The translations under genes and the position numbers were made by a program. A DNA stretch of 42,629 nucleotides from Hyphomicrobiales bacterium (GTDB lineage Bacteria; Desulfobacterota; Desulfobacteria; Desulfobacterales; SpSt-501), in the NCBI GenBank assembly GCA_050257775.1, contig JBLMXM010000002.1, forward strand, positions 1-42,629. The letters run 5' to 3'. Positions 1-8,772 of this stretch are shown here, piece after piece (within the stretch, counting starts at the first letter, position 1; every line of letters begins with the position of its first letter). The notes below the pieces were generated by a model that ran no database searches, was not told where the DNA came from, and saw only the letters and a program-made list of their open reading frames with translations.

Positions 1-1
1 C

Positions 2-1093
2 GAGCACCAGTCGAAGCTGACCCTGATGTCCGAGTCGCTGCGCAACGACGGGCGCGTATGGGTGCCGCAGAAGGCACGCGACACCCGCGCTCCGAGCCAG
101 ATTCCGGAAGCCGCGCGGGACTACTACCTGGAGCGCAAGTATCCGAGCTTCGGCAACCTCGTGCCGCGCGACGTGGCTTCCCGCAACGCCAAGGAGCAGT
201 GCGACCAGAGCAAGGGCGTGGGCGAAACGGGCCTGGCAGTCTACCTGGATTTTGCAGACGCCATCCGGCGCGACGGCCGCGCCGCCATCGAAAAGAAGTA
301 CGGCAACCTGTTCCAGATGTATGATAAAATCACCGGCGAGGATCCTTACCAGACTCCGATGATGATCTACCCGGCCGTGCACTACACCATGGGAGGCCTG
401 TGGGTAGACTACAACCTCATGAGCACCGTCGACGGCCTGTTCGTCCTCGGGGAAGCCAACTTTTCGGACCACGGCGCCAATCGCCTGGGGGCGAGCGCCC
501 TGATGCAGGGGCTGGCCGACGGGTATTTTGTAATCCCCTACACCATTGGAGGTTACCTGGCCGGATCACGCTTCGCGGAGATCACCTGCGACCACCCGTC
601 CTTCATCGATTCCGTGAAACAGGCCCAGGAGCGGACCGCCAGGCTCCTTTCGATCCGCGGCCGACGCACCGTGGACGATATCCATCGGCAGCTCGGCCTG
701 ATCATGTGGGACTACTGCGGCATGTCCCGCAATAACGCCGGCCTGCAGAAAGCCTGCGGCATGGTGCAGGAGCTGCGCGCGGAGTTCTGGAAAAACGTCC
801 GGGTGCCCGGGGTAGAGAACGACTTCAACCAAAGCCTTGAAAAAGCCGGGCGGGTCGCGGATTTCCTGGAGTTCGCGCAGCTCTTGATCGTCGATGCGCT
901 GGCCCGGCAGGAATCCTGCGGCGGGCATTTCAACGAGGCCTTCCAGACCCCGGAAAACGAGGCCCAGCGAGACGATGCCAACTTCTGCCACGTGGCCGCC
1001 TGGAAGTTCACCGGCGATGACCGGGAACCGGTCCTGCACAAGGAACCCCTGGTGTTCGAAAACGTGCACCTCACCCAAAGGAGCTACAAGTGA
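2..1093 (+). CDS. sdhA: Succinate dehydrogenase/fumarate reductase flavoprotein subunit, 5'-truncated by window edge
   Basis: [41 protein letters not shown] and ESCGGHF motifs; frame open from base 2; overlaps Fe-S subunit gene. Confidence 0.95.
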   Translation, partial: EHQSKLTLMSESLRNDGRVWVPQKARDTRAPSQIPEAARDYYLERKYPSFGNLVPRDVASRNAKEQCDQSKGVGETGLAVYLDFADAIRRDGRAAIEKKYGNLFQMYDKITGEDPYQTPMMIYPAVHYTMGGLWVDYNLMSTVDGLFVLGEANFSDHGANRLGASALMQGLADGYFVIPYTIGGYLAGSRFAEITCDHPSFIDSVKQAQERTARLLSIRGRRTVDDIHRQLGLIMWDYCGMSRNNAGLQKACGMVQELRAEFWKNVRVPGVENDFNQSLEKAGRVADFLEFAQLLIVDALARQESCGGHFNEAFQTPENEAQRDDANFCHVAAWKFTGDDREPVLHKEPLVFENVHLTQRSYK

Positions 1094-1854
1094 GCAAGTC
1101 CATCAACCTGACGCTGAAGATCTGGCGGCAGAGCGGCCCTGCTGATAAGGGCCGTTTCGAGACCTATGCGGCCAAGGACGTTTCCACGGACATGTCCTTC
1201 CTCGAGATGCTGGACGTGGTGAACGATCAGCTGACGCTGGAAGGCAGGGAGCCGATCGCCTTTGATAATGACTGCCGAGAGGGCATCTGCGGCACATGCG
1301 GCGGCATGGTGAACGGCCGCGCCCACGGGCATCTCAGGGGCACCACCCTTTGCCAGCTGCACATGCGCCACTTCTCCGACGGCGACACCCTCGTGATCGA
1401 GCCCTTTCGGGCCCGGGCCTTCCCGATGATCAAGGATCTGGTGGTGGACCGCAGCGCCTTGGACCGCATCATTCAGGCGGGGGGCTTCATCTCGGTCAAC
1501 ACCGGCAGCGCTCCCGAGGCCAACACTTTGCCGGTGCCGCTCGACCGCGCCGAACGTGCCATGGATGCCGCCGCCTGCATCGGCTGTGGGGCTTGTGTGG
1601 CCTCATGCCCCAATGCCTCGGCCATGCTCTTCGTGAGTGCAAAGGTATCCCAATTCGCCCTTCTGCCCCATGGCCGGCCTGAGGCCGCCCGACGCGCCAT
1701 CGGCATGGTCCGGGCCATGGATGCCTGCGGGTTCGGCAACTGTTCCAACCACCGGGAATGCGAGAAAACCTGCCCCAAGGAGATCTCCATCGTCAACATC
1801 GCACGACTGAACCGCGAGTACTACAAGGCAAGCTTCATTTCTCTCGAAGCCTAA
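1090..1854 (+). CDS. sdhB: Succinate dehydrogenase/fumarate reductase iron-sulfur subunit
   Basis: [21 protein letters not shown] and [12 protein letters not shown] cluster motifs; GTG start overlaps sdhA stop. Confidence 0.95.
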   Translation: MSKSINLTLKIWRQSGPADKGRFETYAAKDVSTDMSFLEMLDVVNDQLTLEGREPIAFDNDCREGICGTCGGMVNGRAHGHLRGTTLCQLHMRHFSDGDTLVIEPFRARAFPMIKDLVVDRSALDRIIQAGGFISVNTGSAPEANTLPVPLDRAERAMDAAACIGCGACVASCPNASAMLFVSAKVSQFALLPHGRPEAARRAIGMVRAMDACGFGNCSNHRECEKTCPKEISIVNIARLNREYYKASFISLEA

Positions 1855-1875
1855 GGCCCCCGGGGCTTAGGCTTC
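1846..1875 (+). terminator. Hairpin spanning the sdhB stop (no U-tract; terminator or 3'-stabilising stem)
   Basis: gaagcctaag / cttaggcttc perfect 10-bp inverted repeat with GC-rich inner part. Confidence 0.5.
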
Positions 1876-1881
1876 CCCAGT

Positions 1882-2131
1882 TGAAGCGATTTTATCGAGC
1901 GGCACCTGAGCCCAGAGGGGCATGCGACCGGGTGAGGACGGCGGCTGACTGGTCGAGCCGCTTACGGGGTCTTGGCCCGGACCCGATACCGAAAGAGCGG
2001 TAAAGCCTCGGCATTCCGAGGCACCTCCTGCGGCTATACTGGAGACGGGCCTGGTCCGGGCATAGACCCCGTTGGCGGCGAGTTTCAGCCGCGACCCGAA
2101 ACCGCTTACCCGGGCGCTTGCTCCTCCGGGC
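1882..2131. repeat. Long rod-like palindromic element, copy A of dispersed family 1 (modules X+Y)
   Basis: Nested stems 1928-1936/2105-2113, 1941-1948/2085-2092, 1964-1972/2064-2072, 1975-1983/2053-2061; sequence shared with 7261-7299 (reverse) and 35963-36096. Confidence 0.8.
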
Positions 2132-2163
2132 CTTGCTGAAAAAAATCCAGCAGAGGGAATCTC

Positions 2164-3438
2164 TCAGGTCGGGTTTTCGGACAGAAGAGTTTGGACCATC
2201 TTGAGCAGCACGGGGATGTCGAAGGGCTTGGCCAGAACGTGGGCGAACCCGAGCGCGGCCAATTCATCCAGCTTGCGGTGGCCCGGAAAGCCCGTGGTGA
2301 TGATCACCTTCATGCCGGCCAGCGCCGGCTCCGCACGAATATTCCGGCAAACCTCCAAGCCATCCATCTCCGGCATGAACACATCCAGAATCAGCAGGTC
2401 GGGCCGGTAGGTGCCGAGCCGGATCGATGCCTCGATGCCGTTGGCGGCTTCCTCCAGGAGATAGCTTTGCGGAATCGCGAGCGCCTCCATGAGGATCTGA
2501 CGGACCATGGGGTCGTCATCCACCACCAGGATCTTGGCAGCCTTCCGTTTCAGCACGGTGGGCAGCACCACGCTGAATGTCGTGCCGCCGGACGGACGGA
2601 GCTCGAAGGTGATCTCCCCACCGTGAGCCTTTACCAGACTGTACGTGACGGAGAGCCCCAGACCGGTTCCGCCTTGCGCCTGTTTGTCGGTGACAAACGG
2701 CATAAAAATACGGTCGCCGAGGTCGGGGGAAACCCCCCGGCCGTTGTCCGAGATGCGCAGGTATATCCGGCCGTCTTTGGCGGTGAAACCCGTCTCGATC
2801 CTTATTTCGCCGTGGGGATGGTCAATCGCTTGAACGGCATTGATCACGATGTTCAAGACGACCTGCTCGATGTTCTGCAGATCGCCCTCGATATCGGGGA
2901 GGCTCTCCGCCAGTTCAAGCTTGACGTGGACTCCGGCCTTGCGCAGGGTGCTCTGGGACAAACGCAGAGCGTTGTGAACCGCCGTGTTGATATTGAGCGG
3001 CGCCTTCTCGGCCATGTTGGACTGACGGGAGAAGTTCTTGAGATCGGCAACGATTTTGACTACGCGGTTGGCCGCCATTTCCATATCAGCGATGAGCTGA
3101 GGCAGATGATCCTTCAGAAAATCATAAGTGAAGCCTCCGAACTTGCGCTCGGGCTGTCGCTGACGCAGATCCATCAGCACCGGCATGAAATCCGACCAGG
3201 TTTTCTGCAGCAGTGGCAAGTTGTAGAGGATGAGATTGATGGGGTTGTTGATTTCGTGGGCCACCCCTGCCACGAGGGTGCCGAGGGTCTCCATTTTTTG
3301 GGCCTGCTGCAGCTGCTGTTCGGTTTCCCTCAAGGCATGCTCGCCTTTAAGCACGAGCGACTCCAGCCGTTTGCATTCGCTGCAGGCGGCGTCCAGTTCC
3401 TGCAGCAGGTCCTCCCGACTGCGGGCCTCATCCGTCAT
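2164..3438 (-). CDS. Cytoplasmic hybrid histidine kinase (HisKA-HATPase-REC)
   Basis: H-box GVAHEINNP, N-box NIVINA, DNGRG, F-box PFVTDK, GTGLGL; C-terminal REC with VVDDD, LDVFMPEMDG and KP. Confidence 0.92.
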   Translation of the reverse strand: MTDEARSREDLLQELDAACSECKRLESLVLKGEHALRETEQQLQQAQKMETLGTLVAGVAHEINNPINLILYNLPLLQKTWSDFMPVLMDLRQRQPERKFGGFTYDFLKDHLPQLIADMEMAANRVVKIVADLKNFSRQSNMAEKAPLNINTAVHNALRLSQSTLRKAGVHVKLELAESLPDIEGDLQNIEQVVLNIVINAVQAIDHPHGEIRIETGFTAKDGRIYLRISDNGRGVSPDLGDRIFMPFVTDKQAQGGTGLGLSVTYSLVKAHGGEITFELRPSGGTTFSVVLPTVLKRKAAKILVVDDDPMVRQILMEALAIPQSYLLEEAANGIEASIRLGTYRPDLLILDVFMPEMDGLEVCRNIRAEPALAGMKVIITTGFPGHRKLDELAALGFAHVLAKPFDIPVLLKMVQTLLSENPT

Positions 3439-3452
3439 GATGTCCGTTCCTC

Positions 3453-3863
3453 TTAGGTGCGCCCTTCGGACTTCAGGATCTTTTCGACACAGCTCCGAAC
3501 GCAGGAAAGCGAAACGTCAGTGCGCATGCCGGGACAAAAGCCGGCCATGATCGTCCAATTGAGCGGGTCTTTCACAACGCTTTCGATAAACGGCCAGCGC
3601 CGGCACATGCGCGGCTTGACCGGATGGATGGCGCAGCCGCCGTCCCAGAAGATGCAATAGCCGTTATTCCGTTGCGCCAGAAGATATCTCCCCCCGGACA
3701 CCCGGCAGTATCGCTCGACGACACCGGAAGGATCGGACTGGATGAACGCGGCAATGGCGGCGATGTCCTCAGCGCTGACATAAGTCCCGCCGTAGCCCTT
3801 GCAGCAATCCCCACAGCGCCTGCAGGCAAAGATATCGTTCGGTGCCAAATCATCTGAGGGCAC
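3453..3863 (-). CDS. YkgJ-family (CxxCxxCC) cysteine-cluster protein
   Basis: CRRCGDCC, CIF...CAIHPVKPRMCRRWPF, CPG. Confidence 0.88.
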   Translation of the reverse strand: MPSDDLAPNDIFACRRCGDCCKGYGGTYVSAEDIAAIAAFIQSDPSGVVERYCRVSGGRYLLAQRNNGYCIFWDGGCAIHPVKPRMCRRWPFIESVVKDPLNWTIMAGFCPGMRTDVSLSCVRSCVEKILKSEGRT

Positions 3864-4452
3864 GTCGTGACTCCATGGCCTTCTTGAGCGTCACCTGGTC
3901 CACGTATTTCAGATCCCCCCCCATGGGAACTCCCGAAGCGATGCGCGTCACGGACACCGGCAATGCTTCGAGCCGGCCTGCAATATAGGCAGCGGTGGCT
4001 TCACCCTCCACGCTGGTGCCTGTGGCCAGTACGACCTCCCGAACCCCTTCCGCCGCCACTCGATCGACCAGTTCGCGGATATGTATGTCGTCGGGGCCCA
4101 CCCCGTTCAAGGGGGACAGCACGCCAGAGAGCACGTGGTAGACTCCGTTGAAGGAGCCGGATTTCTCCAAAGCGGCCATGTCACCCGGCTGCTCTACGAC
4201 GCACACCACCAACCGATCGCGAGCCGGATTGCTGCAGATGGCGCAAAGTTCGCCGTCGCTCAGGGAGAAACAACGCGAGCAAAGGCGGACCTTCTGCTTG
4301 ACATCCAGAATGCTGCGAGCCAGCTCCTCTACGAGATGATCCGAAGCATACAACAGGTGCAGCGCCAGCCGTTCGGCAGTCTTTTCCCCGATCCCCGGAA
4401 GCTTCGCCATGAGCTTGATGAGCTGGCGGATGGAGGCGGGATAGTGGCTCAT
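3850..4452 (-). CDS. recR: Recombination mediator RecR
   Basis: LPGIGEKTAERLA HhH, C4 zinc finger, CVVE Toprim, TRIASGVPMGGDLKYVD. Confidence 0.97.
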   Translation of the reverse strand: MSHYPASIRQLIKLMAKLPGIGEKTAERLALHLLYASDHLVEELARSILDVKQKVRLCSRCFSLSDGELCAICSNPARDRLVVCVVEQPGDMAALEKSGSFNGVYHVLSGVLSPLNGVGPDDIHIRELVDRVAAEGVREVVLATGTSVEGEATAAYIAGRLEALPVSVTRIASGVPMGGDLKYVDQVTLKKAMESRRALR

Positions 4453-4456
4453 GGGA

Positions 4457-4768
4457 TCACATCAGACCCGGGATGTTCAACCCGCCGGTGAGCTTGCTCA
4501 TCTCCGAGGCGACCATCTCCTGCGACCGGGTGAGGGCGTCGTTGACGGCTGCCAGGATCAGGTCCTGAAGCATGTCGACGTCATCCGGATTGACCACTTC
4601 CTTCTCGATACGGATGGAAACGATTTGCTGGCGGCCGTTGGCAACCACCCGGATCATACCTCCGCCCACGGCGGATTCCACCGTCTTTGCGGCCAGCTCC
4701 TCCTGCATCTTGAGCATGCGGGCCTGAAGCTTTTGCGCCTGCTTCATCATGTTGCCCATCCCCTTCAT
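4457..4768 (-). CDS. ybaB: YbaB/EbfC nucleoid-associated protein
   Basis: MMKQAQKLQ...GGGMIRV...[14 protein letters not shown]; between dnaX and recR. Confidence 0.96.
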   Translation of the reverse strand: MKGMGNMMKQAQKLQARMLKMQEELAAKTVESAVGGGMIRVVANGRQQIVSIRIEKEVVNPDDVDMLQDLILAAVNDALTRSQEMVASEMSKLTGGLNIPGLM

Positions 4769-6456
4769 TTATCCACCTCCTGGGAAACCTTGACATCCAC
4801 GAGCTTGCCGTCGAAGATCTCGATCGCATCAGCGACCAGCGGATGATTAAGAGTCTCCTTGATCCGCGCCTGGTAACGATCGCGACGCTCGTCGGTCGTC
4901 ATACTGCATTCGTCCCCAATGGCGACGGTGACTTCCGGAGACCCGCCGAAGACCTCGGCGCATGCCTTCTTGAGAATGGCCATGTGCTTGTCGCGCCGCA
5001 GGGTCGAATCGATGAAGGAATTGCCTGAAGTCGCGATTTCCACCTGCTCGGCTCCCCCGCGCTTGAGGCAGCATCGTTTCAACTTGGCCGCCAGACTGGG
5101 CTGACTGACGGCAATGCGTTCGGTGATCTTCTGCCAAGCGGCCTGTAAATCGGTGACGCGATCCGCAGAAGCTGCGGCGGAGTGGCGGTCCTCCAGCGGC
5201 GCCGTTACAGACGATCTTTCGCGCCCGGCCCCGGAACCGGCTGGGTCCTGTCCGGCAACGCCAGCGGCCGGCGGCTCACCGGTCAAGGCTGAGGCATCGT
5301 CGGCAGCGCCCTGCACGTCCCTGCGCAAGTCCTGCAGCTTGGCGATAAGGGTGTCGATGGAGAGCACGGCCCGAGTTTGCAGAACCTTGAAGAATGCCAT
5401 TTCCAGTGCCAGCTTGGGCTGGGACGAGAGGCGGACGGCAGCCTCCTCGCGATAGAGGATGTCCAGAACATGCTCCAGCGCGGGCCCCGAGTTCCGCCTG
5501 GGCTGGTCCCGCATCAGCTCGATTTCACGGCCGGGCAGGTCGACCAGTTTTTCCGGCGTCGGACTGATCTGGATCACCCAGAGGTCCCGCACATATTCGA
5601 GGAGGTCCGAGAACAATTTCTTGAGGTCGTGGCCGCGGTCGAAGATATCGTCCAGAGCGGCCAGAAACCGAGCAGCTTCCCCCGTCAGAACGGCATCGGC
5701 CAGATCATAGAGCCGGCTGCGGTCGATGACTCCGAGGGTTTCGAGAACCTGCTCCGAAGACACGGTCCGCTGGCCGCCCGAAATGACCTGGTCCAGCAGA
5801 CTCAGGCCGTCCCGCACGCTTCCGCCCGATTCCCGGGCGATCAGCTCCAGGCTCTCGGCGTCGATCTCCACGCCTTCCCGACGGCAGATGACCTCCAGAT
5901 GGCCGGCGATGGTGGAGAGCCGGATGCGTCGGAGATCGAATCGCTGGCAGCGGGACAGAATGGTGATCGGTATCTTGTGCGGTTCAGTGGTCGCGAACAT
6001 GAAGAGCGCATGAGCGGGCGGTTCCTCCAGCGTCTTCAACAAGGCGTTGAAGGCCGGGGTGCTGAGCATGTGCACTTCGTCGATGATATAAATCTTGTAG
6101 GGACTGTGAGCGGGCATGTACTTGATGTTCTCCCGCAGCTCCCGGATCTGGTCGACGCTGTTGTTCGAGGCGCCGTCGATCTCATATACATCCACCGCAT
6201 GCCCCGCCGTGATGTCCTGGCAGGAGCGGCAGGCGTTACACGGGCCCGCTGCCGGCCCCGCCTGGCAGTTCAGGGCCTTCGCCAGAATCCGGGCAATGGT
6301 GGTCTTGCCGGTCCCGCGCGGCCCTGCAAACAGAAGGGCATGCGCCACCCGGCCCGCGGACAAGGCGTTGCTGAGGGTACCGGTGACATGCCCCTGCTCC
6401 AGGACTTCGGCAAAGGTCTGGGGGCGATATTTCCGCGCTAAGACGATATAAGACAT
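4765..6456 (-). CDS. dnaX: DNA polymerase III subunit gamma/tau
   Basis: Start re-placed to [13 protein letters not shown]; Walker [21 protein letters not shown] motif. Confidence 0.97.
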   Translation of the reverse strand: MSYIVLARKYRPQTFAEVLEQGHVTGTLSNALSAGRVAHALLFAGPRGTGKTTIARILAKALNCQAGPAAGPCNACRSCQDITAGHAVDVYEIDGASNNSVDQIRELRENIKYMPAHSPYKIYIIDEVHMLSTPAFNALLKTLEEPPAHALFMFATTEPHKIPITILSRCQRFDLRRIRLSTIAGHLEVICRREGVEIDAESLELIARESGGSVRDGLSLLDQVISGGQRTVSSEQVLETLGVIDRSRLYDLADAVLTGEAARFLAALDDIFDRGHDLKKLFSDLLEYVRDLWVIQISPTPEKLVDLPGREIELMRDQPRRNSGPALEHVLDILYREEAAVRLSSQPKLALEMAFFKVLQTRAVLSIDTLIAKLQDLRRDVQGAADDASALTGEPPAAGVAGQDPAGSGAGRERSSVTAPLEDRHSAAASADRVTDLQAAWQKITERIAVSQPSLAAKLKRCCLKRGGAEQVEIATSGNSFIDSTLRRDKHMAILKKACAEVFGGSPEVTVAIGDECSMTTDERRDRYQARIKETLNHPLVADAIEIFDGKLVDVKVSQEVDK

Positions 6457-6510
6457 ATGCGTGGGCGTCGAGATCCTGTCAGCTGGAACAGGGGAACGAT
6501 GGCATTCACT

Positions 6511-6680
6511 TCGCCGGTCGCGCTTGCGGCCGACCGTTGCCGGCGAGACGGAACGAGTCAAGGGCCGCCCGCACAGTGGGCGGCTTGACTCTTCGGCCAT
6601 AGACCGAAAAGTCAAAAGCACGCCAGTGCTTCTACGTTGAACCTGCACCCGCGTGCCGAGCACGGGGTTTGTATGGCAGG
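6511..6680 (-). other. Multi-hairpin structured region between tRNA-Ser and dnaX
   Basis: About five consecutive inverted repeats, two with mutually exclusive partners. Confidence 0.5.
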
Positions 6681-6687
6681 AATGATG

Positions 6688-6781
6688 TGGCGGAGAGAGT
6701 GGGATTCGAACCCACGGTGCCGTTATTAGCAGCACACACGATTTCCAGTCGTGTTCCTTCGGCCAGCTCGGACATCTCTCC
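6688..6781 (-). tRNA. tRNA-Ser(GGA)
   Basis: Acceptor GGAGAGA/TCTCTCC, G73, encoded CCA, anticodon loop CTGGAAA, long variable arm, GTTCGAATCC. Confidence 0.97.
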
Positions 6782-6841
6782 GCAAATCAGCCGCGTAGCA
6801 ATCTCAGCCCGAATGCCTCTCCGGGACCCGCTTGGCGATTT

Positions 6842-6934
6842 TGGCGGAGAGGGTGGGATTTGAACCCACGATCCCGTTTTTGACAGGATACCGCTTTTCG
6901 AGAGCGGCGCCTTCAACCACTCGGCCACCTCTCC
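6842..6934 (-). tRNA. tRNA-Ser(CGA)
   Basis: Acceptor GGAGAGG/CCTCTCC, encoded CCA, anticodon loop CTCGAAA, long variable arm, GTTCAAATCC. Confidence 0.97.
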
Positions 6935-6963
6935 GGGGCACAGCTCAACGAGTGGCAACCTTT

Positions 6964-6993
6964 AATTTAATCTTTTTCGCCAGCGGATGTCAA
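6964..6993 (-). promoter_or_regulatory. Sigma70 promoter for the tRNA-Ser/dnaX transcript
   Basis: TTGACA, 17-18 nt spacer, TTAAAT/TAAATT on minus strand about 30 nt before the tRNA. Confidence 0.7.
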
Positions 6994-7024
6994 CCTAAGG
7001 AATCACACCATGATACGAACGATT

Positions 7025-7299
7025 CTTGTTCGGGATTCTTGCGGCCAAGCCCGCAGGAGTCTGCGCTCCCCATGGGCTTACGCATATGACGCCGCGGGTT
7101 CGGCAGCGCTCCCAGGGATACAAATATGAACCCGAACAAGCGGCGACGGCAGCGGCTATCGTAGGATTTTTCTGTCGGGGGCTGTCTGAGCCTATCGCCG
7201 CGGCTGATGTTGCCGTTGTGGCGGCACCGGCAAGATTGCGGCGGCCCTGGGGGACGCAGTCCCCTCTGGGCCTCGGTGCCACTCGATATATTCGCTCCA
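7025..7299. repeat. Structured intergenic element, copy C of family 1 (module X, reverse orientation)
   Basis: 7261-7299 reverse complement matches 1882-1920 at 32/39 ungapped; stem cttgttcggg 7025-7034 / cccgaacaag 7131-7140. Confidence 0.7.
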
Positions 7300-7312
7300 T
7301 TTAGGCCATACC

Positions 7313-8053
7313 TTATGGATCAGACGATAGACCAGAGGTAAACATCGCCTGCACCTCTTCGGAGTAACCACCGGGGTCGGCGTATACGATCAACGGCGCC
7401 GAAACGGTTACACCGGGGCCCGCGTCTTTGATCCCCTCGATCAGAACCAAGCGAGCATCGCTCCCCGCATGGGAACAAATGAGTCGCATGCGTTTCGGCT
7501 CAATACGCTCGGCACGCAGGTGCCAGAAGAGGTCCGTAATACGGCTGGCCGTGTAGATCATTATCAACCGTCCGCCGGTCCTTAATAGTCGCCGGGATAC
7601 CCGCACGATCTCGGGCAGGGTGATGGCGAGTTCATGGCGGGCCAGTGCGCGCTGCTCATTCGGGTTCACTCGCCCGGAGCGCTCGTTGCGGTAAGGTGGG
7701 TTGGAGACGACCGTGTCCACCGGCGTCCCGACCAACTGTGGACGGATATCCCGCATATCGGCATGCAGAATCGTCACCTGCGACGCCATCCCGTTCTCGC
7801 GGATGTTGGCTTCCGCCACCGCAGCCAGCTGCTGCTGGAGCTCCACGCCCCAGATCCGGATGCCAGGGCGACGGAAGGCCAGAATCAACGGGATGATTCC
7901 GCAGCCAGTCCCGAGATCCACCAGCGTCTCCTGGGGCTTGGGTTGCACCGCACTAGCCAGCAGGACGGCATCGATGGAATAGCGATAACCGGAGCGGTGC
8001 TGCTTGAGCTGGATGCGCCCGTCGAAAAAACTGTCCTGCGTGACATCGTCCAT
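7313..8053 (-). CDS. tRNA1(Val) adenine(37)-N6 methyltransferase (TrmN6/YfiC family)
   Basis: QHRSGYRYSIDAVLL, DLGTGCGII, NPPY, ARHE motifs. Confidence 0.92.
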   Translation of the reverse strand: MDDVTQDSFFDGRIQLKQHRSGYRYSIDAVLLASAVQPKPQETLVDLGTGCGIIPLILAFRRPGIRIWGVELQQQLAAVAEANIRENGMASQVTILHADMRDIRPQLVGTPVDTVVSNPPYRNERSGRVNPNEQRALARHELAITLPEIVRVSRRLLRTGGRLIMIYTASRITDLFWHLRAERIEPKRMRLICSHAGSDARLVLIEGIKDAGPGVTVSAPLIVYADPGGYSEEVQAMFTSGLSSDP

Positions 8054-8078
8054 ACGGAACACTCAGGGCATTTTCGTT

Positions 8079-8396
8079 CTAAAAGGAACCGATCTTGAAC
8101 TTGATGTCGCCGACGACGGTCTGTCCCAGGTCCGAGTTGAGCCGCTCGAGCAAGTCTTTTTTCAGATACTGCAGATGATGGAGCCAAGTGGAGCTGGTCA
8201 CGTGCACTAGGAGGATCGAACCTTGGAAGCCCGCCGGCCTAGCGTTACGCGCAATGTCCGCGCCGACGACCCGATCCCACACTCCCCAAATGCGCAGCAT
8301 CCCCTGCTCCGCCTCGGGGCGGAATTGCTTCAGCAGCCCGGTGAGAATCCCGCTGATATGAGCCGCTCCGGCGGCCTTTTGGTCGTCTGGGTTCAT
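8079..8396 (-). CDS. DUF721/DciA-family protein
   Basis: WDRVVG.DIA.NARP....G.ILLVHV.SSTW...L pattern. Confidence 0.85.
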   Translation of the reverse strand: MNPDDQKAAGAAHISGILTGLLKQFRPEAEQGMLRIWGVWDRVVGADIARNARPAGFQGSILLVHVTSSTWLHHLQYLKKDLLERLNSDLGQTVVGDIKFKIGSF

Positions 8397-8435
8397 TTGC
8401 GCCCATTATACTCCGCCAGTTCCACCGGTCAACTT

Positions 8436-8562
8436 CGCCGCACTCGCCAGAACGCCAATTTCGGCGTTGCGCTGCATCCCGCTGTCGCTGCGGCATACTC
8501 CGAGTATGCCTCACTCCGCGGGAATCGCGTGCCTTGAACTTGGCGCTCTGGCGAATGCAGCG
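8436..8562. repeat. Palindromic MITE-like element, family 2
   Basis: Terminal inverted repeat 20/23, central ggcatactc-c-gagtatgcc hairpin, GGCGTT...GCCTTG motif pair shared with 34675-34816. Confidence 0.75.
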
Positions 8563-8772
8563 TTCCGCTTGTATCATTACAAGTAGAAGGATCGAATGAC
8601 TCCCCTAACGCCTTGGAATCGATTTTCACTTGACTTGATGGGGCGGGTACTTTAACAATGTTAAGAAATCTTCGTACCTTGCGGAACCGCCGTCGGCATC
8701 TGCGGCGGGTTCGGGCCAATACCCATCCGGAGGAGAGTTTCAAATGACGAACCAGGGAAGAAGGAAGCCCGC

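Noticed and set aside
2020-2045. cacctcctgcgg resembling an HDV-like ribozyme P3/L3
   Set aside because: Could not build the nested double pseudoknot by eye, and copy B does not keep the motif
4765-6456. Programmed frameshift or slippage producing the gamma subunit
   Set aside because: No A AAA AAG heptamer or long A/T run seen in the coding strand
6615-6660. SRP RNA (ffs) expected upstream of dnaX
   Set aside because: No GNRA-capped helix 8 with correctly placed CAGG/AGCA internal loop; only a faint resemblance
6457-6735. N-terminal extension of dnaX in the ORF track (and similar extensions of prfA, frr, adk, folC, rho, pilW and the 16227 ORF)
   Set aside because: They run through tRNA, repeats, terminators or neighbouring genes; family-typical N-termini and RBSs mark later starts
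7010-7129. 39-aa ORF MIRTILVRDSCGQ... after TAAGGA
   Set aside because: Lies within palindromic repeat sequence, has no recognisable motif, and abuts the divergent tRNA promoter
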